From: Eledone cirrhosa
Lineage: Eukaryota
NCBI GenBank assembly: GCA_964016885.1
Contig: OZ024743.1
Location: 26,288,001 to 26,352,000, forward strand
DNA length: 64,000 bases
Direction: 5' to 3'
The notes under the pieces were generated by a model, which worked only from the letters and a program-made list of their open reading frames with translations, made no database searches and was not told the origin of the DNA. The position numbers and the translations under genes are program-made. Below, piece after piece: positions 52,801-64,000 of this stretch. How positions within the stretch are numbered: the first letter of the stretch is position 1; each line of letters begins with the position of its first letter.

Positions 52801-55800
52801 GCTCCTGGCTTTGAGCATGACAAGTAATTGTCCAGACATGTTTTATTTTCCCCTAGTGGTTTATTGTAGAAAACCAGTCCTAATGTTTTTCCTCTGCATA
52901 ACCCAAAGTAGTGGCTGAACACTAATTGCAACGGCCCCAAATAACTAAGACCTACAACAACCATTAGCATGGTCTCTCCTCCTACAGATAAATCATAGAA
53001 ACCATATTACAAGAAACAACAATGAGAATCAATTTACTTACCTGAACAGTTATACATTATGTTAACAAGTTTAACATCATTAAAACTGAGAATATTAGAT
53101 TTTCCAATAATATGTTGGTATTTTTTATTTAATGTTTTGATGGTCATTTCTCCATTCACAGAAAATTCCTATGAATATCAATAGTACATTTAATAACATT
53201 TTGTTTAAATTGGTAAAAGGAATTTGTAGAGTGGAGCCAGTCCATTATATCAGCCCTAGAACTTGACTGGTATTATATTTTATCAATTTTGGGCTAGGAT
53301 TTAAACTCGGAATGTAAAGAGTCTGAAAACTTGACAAAGTATTGTTGAGGATAGGAAGATAAACAAATGATTTGGGAATACTTGAATGGTGTGACATGAA
53401 GCAATCTAGTTCCATGAGACAGGGTTCACTATTGCAGCAGTAGAAAATTCAGAGAGAGGACTCAGCATTTATGTAAATCAGAGGCTGGAGATTGTTGGTG
53501 AACAACTGCATTACAAACCAGGTGGCTTTTCATTTGATGCAATCTGGAAAGTCTGTATGCGTGTATGTGTATTGCAGAAGCCCCGTACTAGATGTCGGAG
53601 CAGTTCTCCATTGTGAAACTCACCTAGACTTTATAGAGAGTTAGAACTTTATGAAAGACAAGTATATTTGAACCCTAAAGAAGAAGGCAAATCTTTTTGA
53701 TACAGTCTTCAATATGCTGGATATGTGCATTGGCCAAGAGAGATTCTCAGTGATAGTGAGATCTAGTATTTGCAGTGATCTTGAATGTTCTTTCTGTGTA
53801 TTGTTCATGCTTAAGGGTGGAAGGGTGTCTTCTTGATGTGTAATGATTGTGTTTTTGTGATGTTGGGTATTTCTGAGTTTCTCTTCATATAGTCAGAGCA
53901 GGTTTAGTGTGAGATGTCTAGGTTGTATGTGGGTGACATTTGGTTTTGGTCTAAGGAGAAATGAAGGGTAGTAACATTTATATTAAAGAGGATGTTGATG
54001 GAGCTTGCACATAGGGCTTTGGTGTATAGAATGAAGAGTGTAGGTGAAAAACTGAATCTTAGGGCACACTAGGGCTGAAATAATGTGATTCAGCACATGT
54101 CATGATGATAACAAAAGAAAAACACAGATCTAAAAGACAAGAGATGAGTGGAGTCAATAGGTGGATAGATTAAGATGCAGATTTGATAAGTTTAGTGAGA
54201 ACTTTTGACAAGTTTTGATTTTCTTGACCCTACTCACACAAGCTTAATTTTATATATATTTTCATTCAAAATTTCTATCCCATTCGTCATTCTCAGGTCT
54301 GGTAAAAATATGTAAAACCACACTTCAGTGAGTAGGCCTAATAAGATTGAAACTTATCCAAAGTTCTCACTAAACTTACAAATCTTCTAGCAAAAATTAC
54401 CACCATTATCAAGGCATATGCCGATAGAAGATTTTTTTACTTACATTTTCTGACTCCACTAGACAAACAATCTAAAAATGTAATTAATATTATCTGCATG
54501 AAGAAGTAACTTTTGTGAGCTCAGAAAATTGATTTTGATTCTGGCTTAATGCAATTGGATTTATTTATATATAGTTTAGTCAGAGAATGAAGGAAAAGTG
54601 AACTTTGTGCCAGAAATCTGACCTAAATATTTGGATCAAAATCAGGGCTGGGTTGACTATCAAGCATAATAAATATATGCTTAGAATATCAAGAGATGGA
54701 GAACACCATTTTATTCAAATTAATTGTAACAGTCACTCCAATTTTTTTTTTCTTTTGCAGATTAGGGCCTCAAGAGGACTTAATCTGGCCCTGAACAGAA
54801 AGCACTTTGCTAAAGGAGTTACCTAAAGGCTAGGGGATAGATTAGTCCCATGTTCATAAGAAAGCATGAAATTCATAATTTTTGAATTCTACATTTGTAA
54901 AAATATGCTGCATTGTTTTCAGTTGAAAAACAACTATTTTAGATATCGATATCTAAAATATTTGTTATTTTCATTAGGAACAATACACATTTTAGGGATG
55001 AAAGAAAGCAATTGAAATTTGCTGTCTGAATTTCAAGTTTATATATACTACAGGGAAAAGTGTAATTTATATATGGACCTTATCTGTTCGTCTTGAAAGA
55101 CGGGTGGATGGAGCATATACAAATCTGCTCAGAAGAATCAAAAACATAAGATGGAGATCACACACGCAACAATTGAAACTATATATGGAAATTTGATTCC
55201 AATATCCTTCAGACTCAAGCAAAAACAAAAAAGACTACAGTTTGCTGGTCACTGTCATCAAGCTGACAAAGAAATCATTTCATCTCTCCTTCTGTGACAT
55301 CCCTCTGGATGTGTTTATTCACGAAAACTGTCTTTCCCAGACACCATAGCTCGGGACTCAGGGTTGGACATAAGGGATCTAGGGACAGCAATGCAAAACC
55401 AAAAGTGTGGAAAGGGATTGTCAAGAGAGTTCTGACTGCCCACTGAGGAGTCAAAGGATGATGATGATGATGATAATTTATAATATATACACTTTTATTA
55501 TCTATTTTATTATCTAGGCAGTGGATTGGCAGTATCAGTAGAGGGTCGGACGCCATGCTCTCCAGCATAGTTACGTCCCTTTACGATCTGAGTTCAAATC
55601 CCGCCGAGGTTGACTTTGCCTTTCATCCTTACGGGGTCGATAAAATGAAGTACCAGTAATGCACTGGGTAATTGCTGGTCTTGTGCCTAAAGTAGAAACA
55701 ATTATCTATGATAGAAATTCTTACTTAAATATTAATTTCTAATTTAGGCACAATCCAGCAAATTTGGTGAAAGGGAAAAGCTGATTAAATCAACTCCAAT

Positions 55801-58800
55801 ACTTGATTGGTACTTTATTTTAGACCCTGGAAGGATGAAATGCAAAGTTGACTTCAACAGGATTTTAACTCACAAGAACAAATACCACAATGGCATTTTG
55901 TTTTATGTTCTGCCAATTCTGCCAGTCAACCACACTTAACCCTTTAGCACTTACATTACTCTATATTTACCATTGTATTTTTGTGGTAAAGGCTTTACCT
56001 CACATAATTATCTCACATAATATTGAATCTACGAGATTTTTATATTATCTATTTTGAGAACAATACCTTAACATAAGTATGAGTGGCCAGTTACAATCAG
56101 TTTGAACAGAAAGAATTGAGAGAATTATGGCTGGTTACAGCCGGTTTAAATGCTAAAGGGTTACTTATTACTTAAATATTAATATACTTACGTAGGAGCC
56201 ATAATGCATTATACTTCTATAGTCATAGGGAACATTATACAAGTTCATCGCTTTAAATGGCTGTTTCTTGAAATTGTAGAAAAGACTATCGATGACATTA
56301 CTTTTTACGATATTGACATACTTATCACGGTCATATCGGGTCTGCTCATGGAAAAGGCCAATAGCATGACCAAGTTCGTGCAATACAACACTTTTCTGTT
56401 ATGAAAAATAAAAGAAAACGTCAGATTAATTACATACATCAAATAAAATATGTGAAAGTCAACCCAACGATTCAAATACTGGTATGACTAGTTTATTTTA
56501 ATAAAAACTGTTCCTCAACATTTTTTCTGGTTACAATTCCTAAAATGTATGCTAACTTGTTAAGAGACAATGGTAGAGCCTCTACTTAGACAGTTGCTCA
56601 GCTAGAAATACTAGTCAGAAATCTGGTTGGAGAGGTTAGAACTTAACTAGAACTTTATTTTATCAACTCTAGAAGGATGAAATGCAAAGTTGACCGTGGT
56701 GGAATTTGAACTTAGAACATAAAAAGTCAGAATAAACACTTTATGGCATCTTGTCCTACTTTCTAACAATTCTGAAAAGCAATTTATAATGGGGAGAGGG
56801 TTGAATTGAATAAAAGATCACGTATCACCATCGATGGTCTACCCTGCTATGTTTAAACTAGATATTTTCAAATTGAAACATTCCAGAATAATTAGGAAAT
56901 GCTGCAAAACTTACCACTCGGCAATTCTTTGCAAGTAAAATGTTCTGAGAATTGGTCTGCATTCCAATGAAAGAACTACACCTTTTAAAGAAATATATTT
57001 TTGGCGTAAAAATGTTGTCAGCAGTAAAAGAAATTGCATACAGTGAGGTGTAAAACATTCCATGGTACGAGAAGTGTACATGGTATTCACCTCAGTGAAA
57101 GGTACATGAATATGGTATGGTATGGTGTCGTGTCGTATGGTATGGTGTGGTATGGTGTGGTATGGTATGGTATGGCATGGTATGGTATGGTATGGTATGG
57201 TGTGGTATGGTGTGGTATGGTATGGTATGGTGTGGTATGGTATGGTGTGGTATGGTGTGGTGTGGTATGGTATGGTGTCGTGTCGTATGGTATGGTGTGG
57301 TATGGTGTGGTATGGTATGGTATGGTATGGTGTGGTATGGTATGGTATGGTATGGTGTGGTATGGTATGGTATGGTGTGGTATGGTGTGGTGTGGTATGG
57401 TATGGTGTGGTATGGTGTGGTATGGTATGGTATGGTATGGTATGGTATGGTGTGGTATGGTGTGGTATGGTATGGTATGGTGTGGTATGGTGTGGTGTGG
57501 TATGGTATGGTGTGGTGTGGTATGGTATGGTGTGGTATGGTATGGTGTGGTATGGTATGGTGTGGTATGGTGTGGTGTGGTATGGTATGGTGTGGTATGG
57601 TGTGGTATGGTATGGAATGGTATGGTATGGTATGGTGTGGTATGGTGTGGTATGGTATGGTATGGTGTGGTATGGTGTGGTGTGGTATGGTATGGTGTGG
57701 TGTGGTATGGTATGGTGTGGTATGGTATGGTGTGGTATGGTGTGGTATGGTATGGTATGGTATGGTGTGGTATGGTATGGTGTGGTATGGTGTGGTATGG
57801 TATGGTATGGTATGGTGTGGTATGGTGTGGTATGGTATGGTGTGGTATGGTGTGGTATGGTATGGTGTGGTATGGTATGGTGTGGTATGGTATAGTATGG
57901 TGTGGTATGGTGTGGTATGGTGTGGTATGGTGTGGTGTGGTATGGTGTGGTATGGTGTGGTATGGTATGGTGTGGTATGGTATGGTGTGGTATGGTGTGG
58001 TCTGGTGTGGTGTGGTATGGTATAGTATGGTGTGGTATGGTGTGGTATGGTATAGTGTGGTGTGCTGTGGTATGGTGTGGTGTGCTGTGGTATGGTATGG
58101 TATGGTGTGGTGTGGTATGGTGTGGTATGGTGTGGTATGGTATGGTGTGGTGTGGTATGGTGTGGTATGGTATGGTGTGGTATGGTATGGTATGGTGTGG
58201 TATGGTGTTGTATGGTATGGTGTGGTATGGTGTGGTATGGTATGGTGTGGTATAGTATGGTGTGGTGTGGTATAGTATGATATGGTATGGTATGGTGTGG
58301 TATGGTATGGTATGGTATGGTGTGGTATGGTATGGTGTGGTATGGTGTGGTATGGTGTGGTATGGTATGGTGTGGTATGGTGTGGTATGGTATGGTATGG
58401 TATGGTATGGTATGGTGTGGTATGGTATGGTGTGGTATGGTGTGGTATGGTATGGTATTGTATGGTATGGTATGGTATGGTGTGGTATGGTATGGTGTGG
58501 TATGGTATGGTGTGGTATGGTGTGGTATGGTGTGGTATGGTGTGGTATGGTATGGTGTGGTATGGTGTGGTATGGTATGGTGTGGTATGGTATGGTGTGG
58601 TATGGTATGGTATAGTATGGTGTGGTATGGTGTGGTATGGTATGGTATGGTGTGGTGTGGTATGGTGTGGTGTGGTGTGGTATGGTGTGGTATGGTATGG
58701 TGTGGTATGGTATGGTGTGGTATGGTATGGTATGGTGTGGTGTGGTATGGTATAGTATGGTGTGGTATGGTGTGGTATGGTATGGTATGGTGTGGTATGG

Positions 58801-61800
58801 TGTGGTATGGTATAGTGTGGTGTGCTGTGCTGTGGTATGGTGTGGTGTGCTGTGGTATGGTATGGTGTGGTGTGGTATGGTGTGGTATGGTATGGTGTGG
58901 TATGGTATGGTGTGGTATGGTGTGGTATGGTTTGGTATGGTATTGTGTGGTATGGTGTGGTATGGTATGGTATGGTGTGGTGTGGTGTGGTATGGTATGG
59001 TGTGGTATGGTATGGTATGGTATGGTGTGGTGTGGTATGGTATAGTATGGTGTGGTATGGTATGGTGTGGTATGGTATGGTGTGGTGTGCTGTGGTATGG
59101 TATGGTGTGGTGTGGTATGGTGTGGTGTGGTATGGTGTGGTATGGTATGGTATGGTATGGTATGGTGTGGTGTGGTATGGTATAGTATGGTGTGGTATGG
59201 TGTGGTATGGTATGGTATGGTGTGGTATGTTGTGGTGTGGTATGGTGTGGTATGGTATGGTGTGGTATGGTATGGTGTGGTGTGCTGTGGTATGGTATGG
59301 TGTGGTGTGGTATGGTGTGGTGTGGTATGGTGTGGTATGGTATGGTATGGTGTGGTACGGTACGGTGCGGTGTGGTATGGTGTGGTGTGGTATGGTGTGG
59401 TATGGTGTGATGTGCTGTGGTATGGTATGGTGTGGTATGGTGTGGTGTGGTATGGTGTGGTATGGTGTGGTGTGCTGTGGTATGGTATGGTGTGGTAAGG
59501 CATGGTATGGTAAAGCATGGTATGGCATGGTTTGTTGTGGTGTGGTATGCTATGGTATGGTATGGTACAATATGGTGTGGTATGGTGTGGTATGATGTGG
59601 TATGGTGTGGTATGGTATGGTGTGGTACGGTGCAGTGTGGTACGGTGCGATGTGATATGGTGTGGTATGGCATGGCATGGTATGGTATGGTACAGTATGG
59701 TATGGTATGATATGGTATTGTATTGTATCGTGTGGTATGGTATGGTATGGTACGGTGTGGTATGGTATGGTACGGTATGGTGTGCTACGGTATGGTTTAG
59801 TATGGTATGGTGTGGTATGGTTTAGTATGGTATGGTGTGGTATCGTATGGTGTGGTATGGTATGATTTGGTACGGTGTGGTATGGTGTGGTATGGTATGG
59901 TATGGTGTGGTATGGTATGGTATGGTGTGGTACGGTGTGGTATGGTATGGTATGGTACGGTGTGGTACGGTGTGGTATGGTATGGTATGGTGTGGTATGG
60001 TATGATGTGGAATGGTATGGTATGGTACGGTGTGGTATGGTGTGGTATTGTACGGTGTGGTATGGTACGGTGTGGTGTGGTATGGTACGGTGTGGTATGG
60101 TGTGGTATTGTACGGTGTGGTATGGTACGGTGTGGTGTGGTATGGTACGGTGTGGTATGGTATGGTGTGGTGTGGTAGGGTATGATGTGGAATGGTATGG
60201 TATGGTATGGTGTGGTATGGTATGGTACGGTGTGGTGTGGTATGGTACGGTGTGGTGTGGTATGGTATGGTACGGTGTGGTGTGGTATGGTATGGTATGG
60301 TATGATGTGGTGTGGTATGGTATGGTATGGTGTGGTATGGTGTGGCATGGTATGGTACGGTATGGTACGGTGTGGTATGGTACGGTATTGTGTGGTACGG
60401 TGTGGTATGGTATGGTATGGTGTGGTATGGTGTGGTATGGTTTGGTGTGGTATGGTGTGGTATGGTATGGTATGGTATGGTGTGGTATGGTGTGGTATGG
60501 TATGGTATGGTATGGTACGGTATGGTACGGTGTAGTATGGTACGGTATTGTGTGGTACGGTGTGGTATGGTATGGTATGGTATGGTATGGTATGGTATGG
60601 TATGGTATGGTATGGTATGGTGTGGTATGGTATGGTATGATGTGGTATGGTATGGTGTGGTGTGGTATGGTATGGTACGGTATGGTATGGTACAGTATGG
60701 TATGGTATGGTGTGGTGTGGTGTGGTAAGGCATGGTATGGTAAAGCATGGTACAGTATGGTATGGTGTGGACCTGTAACTCCCAAGGGTGTTTCTAGGGC
60801 ATTTTATTTTAAACCTGGCAAAGCCCATCTCTTCTCCAGGTCTGAATACAGCAGATATCTTCCAGAGAGAAGATAGAGAGGGTGAGAGAATGGAAGTGAG
60901 AAAGAGATATAGAGGAAGAATTGACCCCAGTATTTGACTTTTAAATATACCCGAGTAAGTATCATCATCATCATCATGTTTAAAATATTCCATACAATAA
61001 GAGATATGTAAATATACACTACAGTGGAGGACATATATATGAAGCGGTGTAGAGGAAGGCCACGAAAAACATGGGTGGAGAAGGTGAGAGCTGACCTCAG
61101 ATCACTGAAGCTCACAGAGATGATGAAGGACTGTAACGAATGGAGAGAGGTTGTGCTGAAGAGAACCCATCCCACCCTTGCAAGCAAGGAAAAGCGGATG
61201 TAAAGTACCAGTCAAAGGTAGTGATCTGGCGAACTTGTTAGTTCCGTTAGCCCAGCTTCAGTCAATTGTTGACATGCTGCTTTGCATATTTCTTAGTCCT
61301 CTCTATTCTATTGATCCCTTGAGATTATATTTAAATCTACTCTACATTTAACGAGGTACATTTACAGTCTTCTTCTTACCCAGTTCCCCTTGAGATTATA
61401 TTTAAATCTACTCTACATTTAACGAGGTACATCTACAGTCTTCTTCTTACCCAGTTCCAAACAAATTTTTCAGATGAGAAAATATTATTTATTTATGCAG
61501 TATTGTCGTTGCTATGTCCAGGTTTTGTCTATATTTAAAAATCTTCTGCAAATAAAACAGATCTGCTACATTTAAATAATCTAAATTAGCAAAGAAGAAG
61601 AAGAAGAAGAAAAAGAAAAAGAAAAAGAAAAAGAAAAAGAAAAAGAAAAAGAAAAAGAAAAAGAAAAAGAAAAAGAAAAAGATAAATATTTGCAATAGCA
61701 CTTTAAAAAAAACGTTTAAAAAATAGAATAGTTTCGGTGGTTGAGTGTTACAACTGCTGGTTATATAACTTCTAATTTTAAATGGCACAGACTTTCAGAG

Positions 61801-61961
61801 TTCAATCCCCAACGAAAAAAATGTAGTTTCAACTTACCCATTACCATTTCTAAATGTAATCTTGTTTTTATCACTTGAAGTAGCTTTCCGGAATTTAATA
61901 CACGTTAAAGCATTCCACTCGTCCATAGATTTCTGTATTTCAAGTTTCTGTTCGTCAGTGA
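40700..61961 (-). CDS. Astacin-family (M12A) zinc metalloprotease with EGF-like module and five C-terminal ShK (ShKT) domains; 12 exons visible, N-terminus outside the window
   Basis: Minus-strand GT-AG exons in transcript order: 61838-61961, 56915-56981, 56192-56395, 53042-53168, 51503-51601, 47303-47335, 45901-46035, 45468-45503, 44376-44555, 42745-42873, 41607-41744, 40700-40812; phases consistent. Zinc motif HELGHAIGLFHEQTRYDRD and Met-turn SIMHY are present. ShK pattern CxD...CxxW...C...YM...CxxSCxxC occurs five times. Confidence 0.92.
40985..41277. mobile_element. Tigger/pogo-like MITE (left end eroded)
   Basis: GGAACCTTGGTTCACCAAC ... GTTCATGAACCGAGGTGCCACTG-TA inverted termini. Confidence 0.55.
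41607..41744 (-). CDS. ShK domain exon 4
   Basis: DCSDANNHCKDWANADHCNINPSYMLKHCKKSCNVCGNNTKIIGAE. Confidence 0.9.
42745..42873 (-). CDS. ShK domain exon 3
   Basis: ECKDMETNCKVWADYGECKKNPLYMLKNCKLSCNECKVNEANE. Confidence 0.9.
43012..43872 (+). mobile_element. Cluster of four head-to-tail tRNA-SINE copies (family ending ...GTGCCTAAAGTAGAAACA)
   Basis: Units at ~43012, ~43205, ~43460, ~43688; other copies at 24848-25020(-), 28400-28580(-), 30185-30340, 50255-50425, 51120-51328(-), 55517-55700. Confidence 0.85.
44376..44555 (-). CDS. ShK domain exon 2 with (KE)n linker
   Basis: VCEDKHEMCPTWAKRGECQKNSNYMLVNCEKSCGVCKVEKEKEKEKEKEKVDVKEEEKVE. Confidence 0.88.
45221..45415. mobile_element. Tigger/pogo-like MITE
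   Basis: TA-CAGATAAATTCCGTTAT ... ATAATGGAATTTCACTG-TA; absent from the duplicated intron copy. Confidence 0.6.
45468..45503 (-). CDS. Astacin gene 36-nt linker mini-exon (copy B)
   Basis: DPCGEGESGEEL; same splice context as copy A. Confidence 0.75.
45901..46035 (-). CDS. ShK domain exon 1
   Basis: VCEDKHEMCPTWAKLGECKENPDYMLVNCEKSCGVCKVGEKKKVE. Confidence 0.88.
47303..47335 (-). CDS. Astacin gene 33-nt linker mini-exon (copy A)
   Basis: DPCGAVETEEV; CAG acceptor, GTAAGC donor, phase 1-1. Confidence 0.75.
47840..48590 (-). mobile_element. Degenerate LINE 3' fragment (second RTE-like family; related piece at ~26030-26630)
   Basis: ORF 48173-48460: LKQVKKLKY...LTYGYKSW...RIQAAEM. Confidence 0.75.
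48634..49598 (+). mobile_element. RTE LINE 3' fragment
   Basis: ORF 48761-49198; near-identical to 19410-20351. Confidence 0.92.
51503..51601 (-). CDS. Astacin gene exon: six-cysteine EGF-like module
   Basis: DHCPKKTCPRNGYVGKDCECYCLDIKKSVRKCS. Confidence 0.88.
51900..52620 (-). mobile_element. Degenerate RTE-like RT fragment
   Basis: EEVKTAVRQMNTGKASGKDGI...DWKGA...CDNYRETSLL. Confidence 0.75.
53042..53168 (-). CDS. Astacin gene exon: end of the catalytic domain
   Basis: EFSVNGEMTIKTLNKKYQHIIGKSNILSFNDVKLVNIMYNCS. Confidence 0.92.
55060..55475 (+). mobile_element. Degenerate LINE 3' fragment with (GAT)n tail
   Basis: DGAYTNLLRRIKNIRW...LQFAGHC remnant. Confidence 0.55.
55937..56163. mobile_element. 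piggyBac-like MITE, intact copy
   Basis: TTAACCCTTTAGCA ... TGCTAAAGGGTTA termini. Confidence 0.75.
56192..56395 (-). CDS. Astacin gene exon: zinc-binding motif and Met-turn
   Basis: KSVVLHELGHAIGLFHEQTRYDRD...YDYRSIMHYGSY. Confidence 0.95.
56915..56981 (-). CDS. Astacin gene exon
   Basis: (G)CSSFIGMQTNSQNILLAKNCRV. Confidence 0.88.
57111..60770. repeat. ~3.66-kb pentanucleotide satellite (TATGG/TGTGG)n inside an astacin intron
   Basis: Directly visible; accounts for all the long HTIPY/MVWYG ORFs. Confidence 0.98.
61316..61457. repeat. Two-copy 71-bp tandem duplication
   Basis: CCCTTGAGATTATATTTAAATC...CTTACCCAGTTC twice. Confidence 0.9.
61594..61681. repeat. (GAA)n/(GAAAAA)n microsatellite
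   Basis: Directly visible. Confidence 0.9.
61838..61961 (-). CDS. Astacin gene exon: N-terminal part of the catalytic domain
   Basis: TDEQKLEIQKSMDEWNALTCIKFRKATSSDKNKITFRNGN. Confidence 0.88.
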
Positions 61962-62587
61962 CTGGAAATGGTTGGAGAAATAGAATAGAAACGAAGATGA
62001 TACAATAATTTAGAAACTACCAAATTCAATAATATTTTCTTGAAGAAATATCCCCAATCAAAAGCTCTGACTCCATTCTTCTTAGGAAAGTTGTGACTAT
62101 ATACTCATTTATATGGATAAACATTATATATTTATTTCGTTTATTCTAGAATTACCTATAGATATTTTTTTAAACCTTCATTAAAATTTTATTTGTCAAT
62201 ATAACCGTCATCATAATATTAGAAATAAAAAGAGAGAAAAAGAAAGAAAAGGGAAAGGAAAAAAGAAAAAAACACACAAGTAGGTAATACACACATTTAG
62301 GACTACATACAACAAAAGGCAGCCGAAAGGGGTGGGTGGACAAACGAACCGCCGCCAGAGCAAAATATAACGATATTACCTATATATATATACTGCAAAC
62401 TTGACTGTCACCACTGAATATGAAGCTGAAGATTGCGAAAGCATGAAAGTACTTGTTCAATTAACACTTAACATTTAATATTCTACCATACTATTTCATT
62501 ATAATTTTAAAGGATTGTAAATAAAACGAGTAAATCAGACAAAGTTAGTTGGAATTCCTTTTTATTAATATATATATATATATATAT

Positions 62588-63020
62588 ATAATATAAGATC
62601 AAAAGATGGTTAAAAGAGTTCCAAGTATTTTATTATGCGCATTTCAAAAACAAATATCATCATGAGATGATATCTGCGTTTTCATCAGATAAAATAGGGA
62701 TACATGATATGAAGGTTAAAAAACACTTGTGAATAGTGAAGTTTTAAATCATTAAATTATTTTTCATATGTTCATTTAAAACTTCACTATTCACAAGTGT
62801 TTTTTAACCTTCATATCATGTATCCCTATTTTATCTGATGAAAACGCAGATATCATCTCATGATGATATTTGTTTTTTGAAATGCGCATAATAAAATACT
62901 TGGAACTCTTTTAACCATCTTTTGATCTTATATTATTTATACTCCAGTCCTACAAACTAGAATGCTACTTATCCGATATTTGCATTGCTTTATTGTGCTA
63001 CAATAAAACTCACCTCCTAC
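62588..63020. mobile_element. Palindromic hammerhead-bearing element B (probable Penelope-like inverted pLTR)
   Basis: Inverted arms 62588-62749 / 62774-62936, 24-nt loop, ~85-nt extension; (TA)n on both sides. Confidence 0.65.
62827..62898 (+). ncRNA. Minimal type I hammerhead ribozyme motif (mirror copy on the - strand at ~62626-62696)
   Basis: TATTTTAT | CTGATGA | stem II GCAGATATCATC-tcat-GATGATATTTGT | GAAA | palindromic TGCGCA | TA | ATAAAATA. Confidence 0.78.
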
Positions 63021-63257
63021 ATATATATATATATATATATTGTGTTCGATGAAACAGCCTACTGACAAAAACAAGGAAAAAACACAGGAATAAAATATTC
63101 CAACCTAGCCATGGAATACCGTGAATTAAAAATTAATGAACAGTCATTACAAATTTATGGGGATGTATTTAGCTGTTATAAGGAAACTAGAAAAAACGTT
63201 CCTGGTCGACTGTTTAATTTTGTGGATGGAAATATTTTATAAATTACCATCTAATTA

Positions 63258-63441
63258 CAGACCTGCCAACCTCTAAAACCCGAAACGGGTAGTACCATAA
63301 AAAAGATGCCGGAAAACGGGGAGAAATGGAGCAAAATGGGGAGGTTTTACATAATAAAAGCTATACCCATTTTCACAAGAGAAGACATCTCGCCCACCCC
63401 AAAGTGGGTGGGAGATCTCCCTGTCGGACGGGGAGAGTCTG
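63258..63441. mobile_element. MITE, same family as 14530-14724
   Basis: CAGACCTGCCAAC left TIR, shortened right TIR, TAATTA on both flanks. Confidence 0.75.
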
Positions 63442-63827
63442 TAATTATAACCAGCCAAATTCACACTATGCAAATGAGCATTCCCAGCCGATGTTTTCTA
63501 TTTGCTATATGCAAGTATCCCCTGAAAATATTCAATATGAAAACTTCATAAGAGGCTCAAGTCTATTTTCATCTCAGCACCGGTTGAATGAATGATTAAC
63601 AAATTTTGAAGCAGCTAACTGGCATTCTTAACGGCTACTGAAATATTTGTCATGTTCACGGGGCAAAAGAGAGGGGGAAATAATGTTTTCATAACGAAAA
63701 TATTCTTTTTTCTTTGACAGCGCGGCTCTCATATGTTTATTGTATATAAACATATATTATAAACTTTCAGATAAACCCTTATTATACTTAACGATATGTT
63801 AGTAATGCTGCCAATTATCTCTCTCTC

Positions 63828-64000
<173 letters not shown>

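Noticed and set aside
56911-60993. Very long ORFs (up to 920 aa) of HTIPY/MVWYG repeats
   Set aside because: Open in nearly all frames on both strands because the pentamer satellite lacks stops; lies within an intron of the astacin gene.
61489-61788. Poly-Phe ORF
   Set aside because: Antisense reading of the (GAAAAA)n microsatellite.

Overview
AT-rich, repeat-dense animal genomic DNA. The RTE LINE/tRNA-SINE repertoire suggests an octopus or other coleoid cephalopod (inference). Two convergent intron-rich genes are present. On the + strand are the 3' 23 exons (37..35670, 779 aa visible) of TTC21B/IFT139. On the - strand are 12 exons (40700..61961, 5' end outside the window) of an astacin (M12A) metalloprotease with an EGF-like module and five ShK domains, two of which come from a recent intragenic duplication. 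Introns hold many RTE LINE fragments, tRNA-derived SINEs, a Helitron, piggyBac/hAT/Tigger-like MITEs and a 3.7-kb (TRTGG)n satellite. The most striking unexplained structures are two sequence-divergent palindromic elements with ~160-bp arms (32660..33001 and 62588..62936). Each carries a complete minimal type I hammerhead ribozyme motif on both strands, and a third stand-alone hammerhead lies at 38766..38803; all are probably Penelope-like retroelement or retrozyme derivatives. All calls were made by eye, without database searches.
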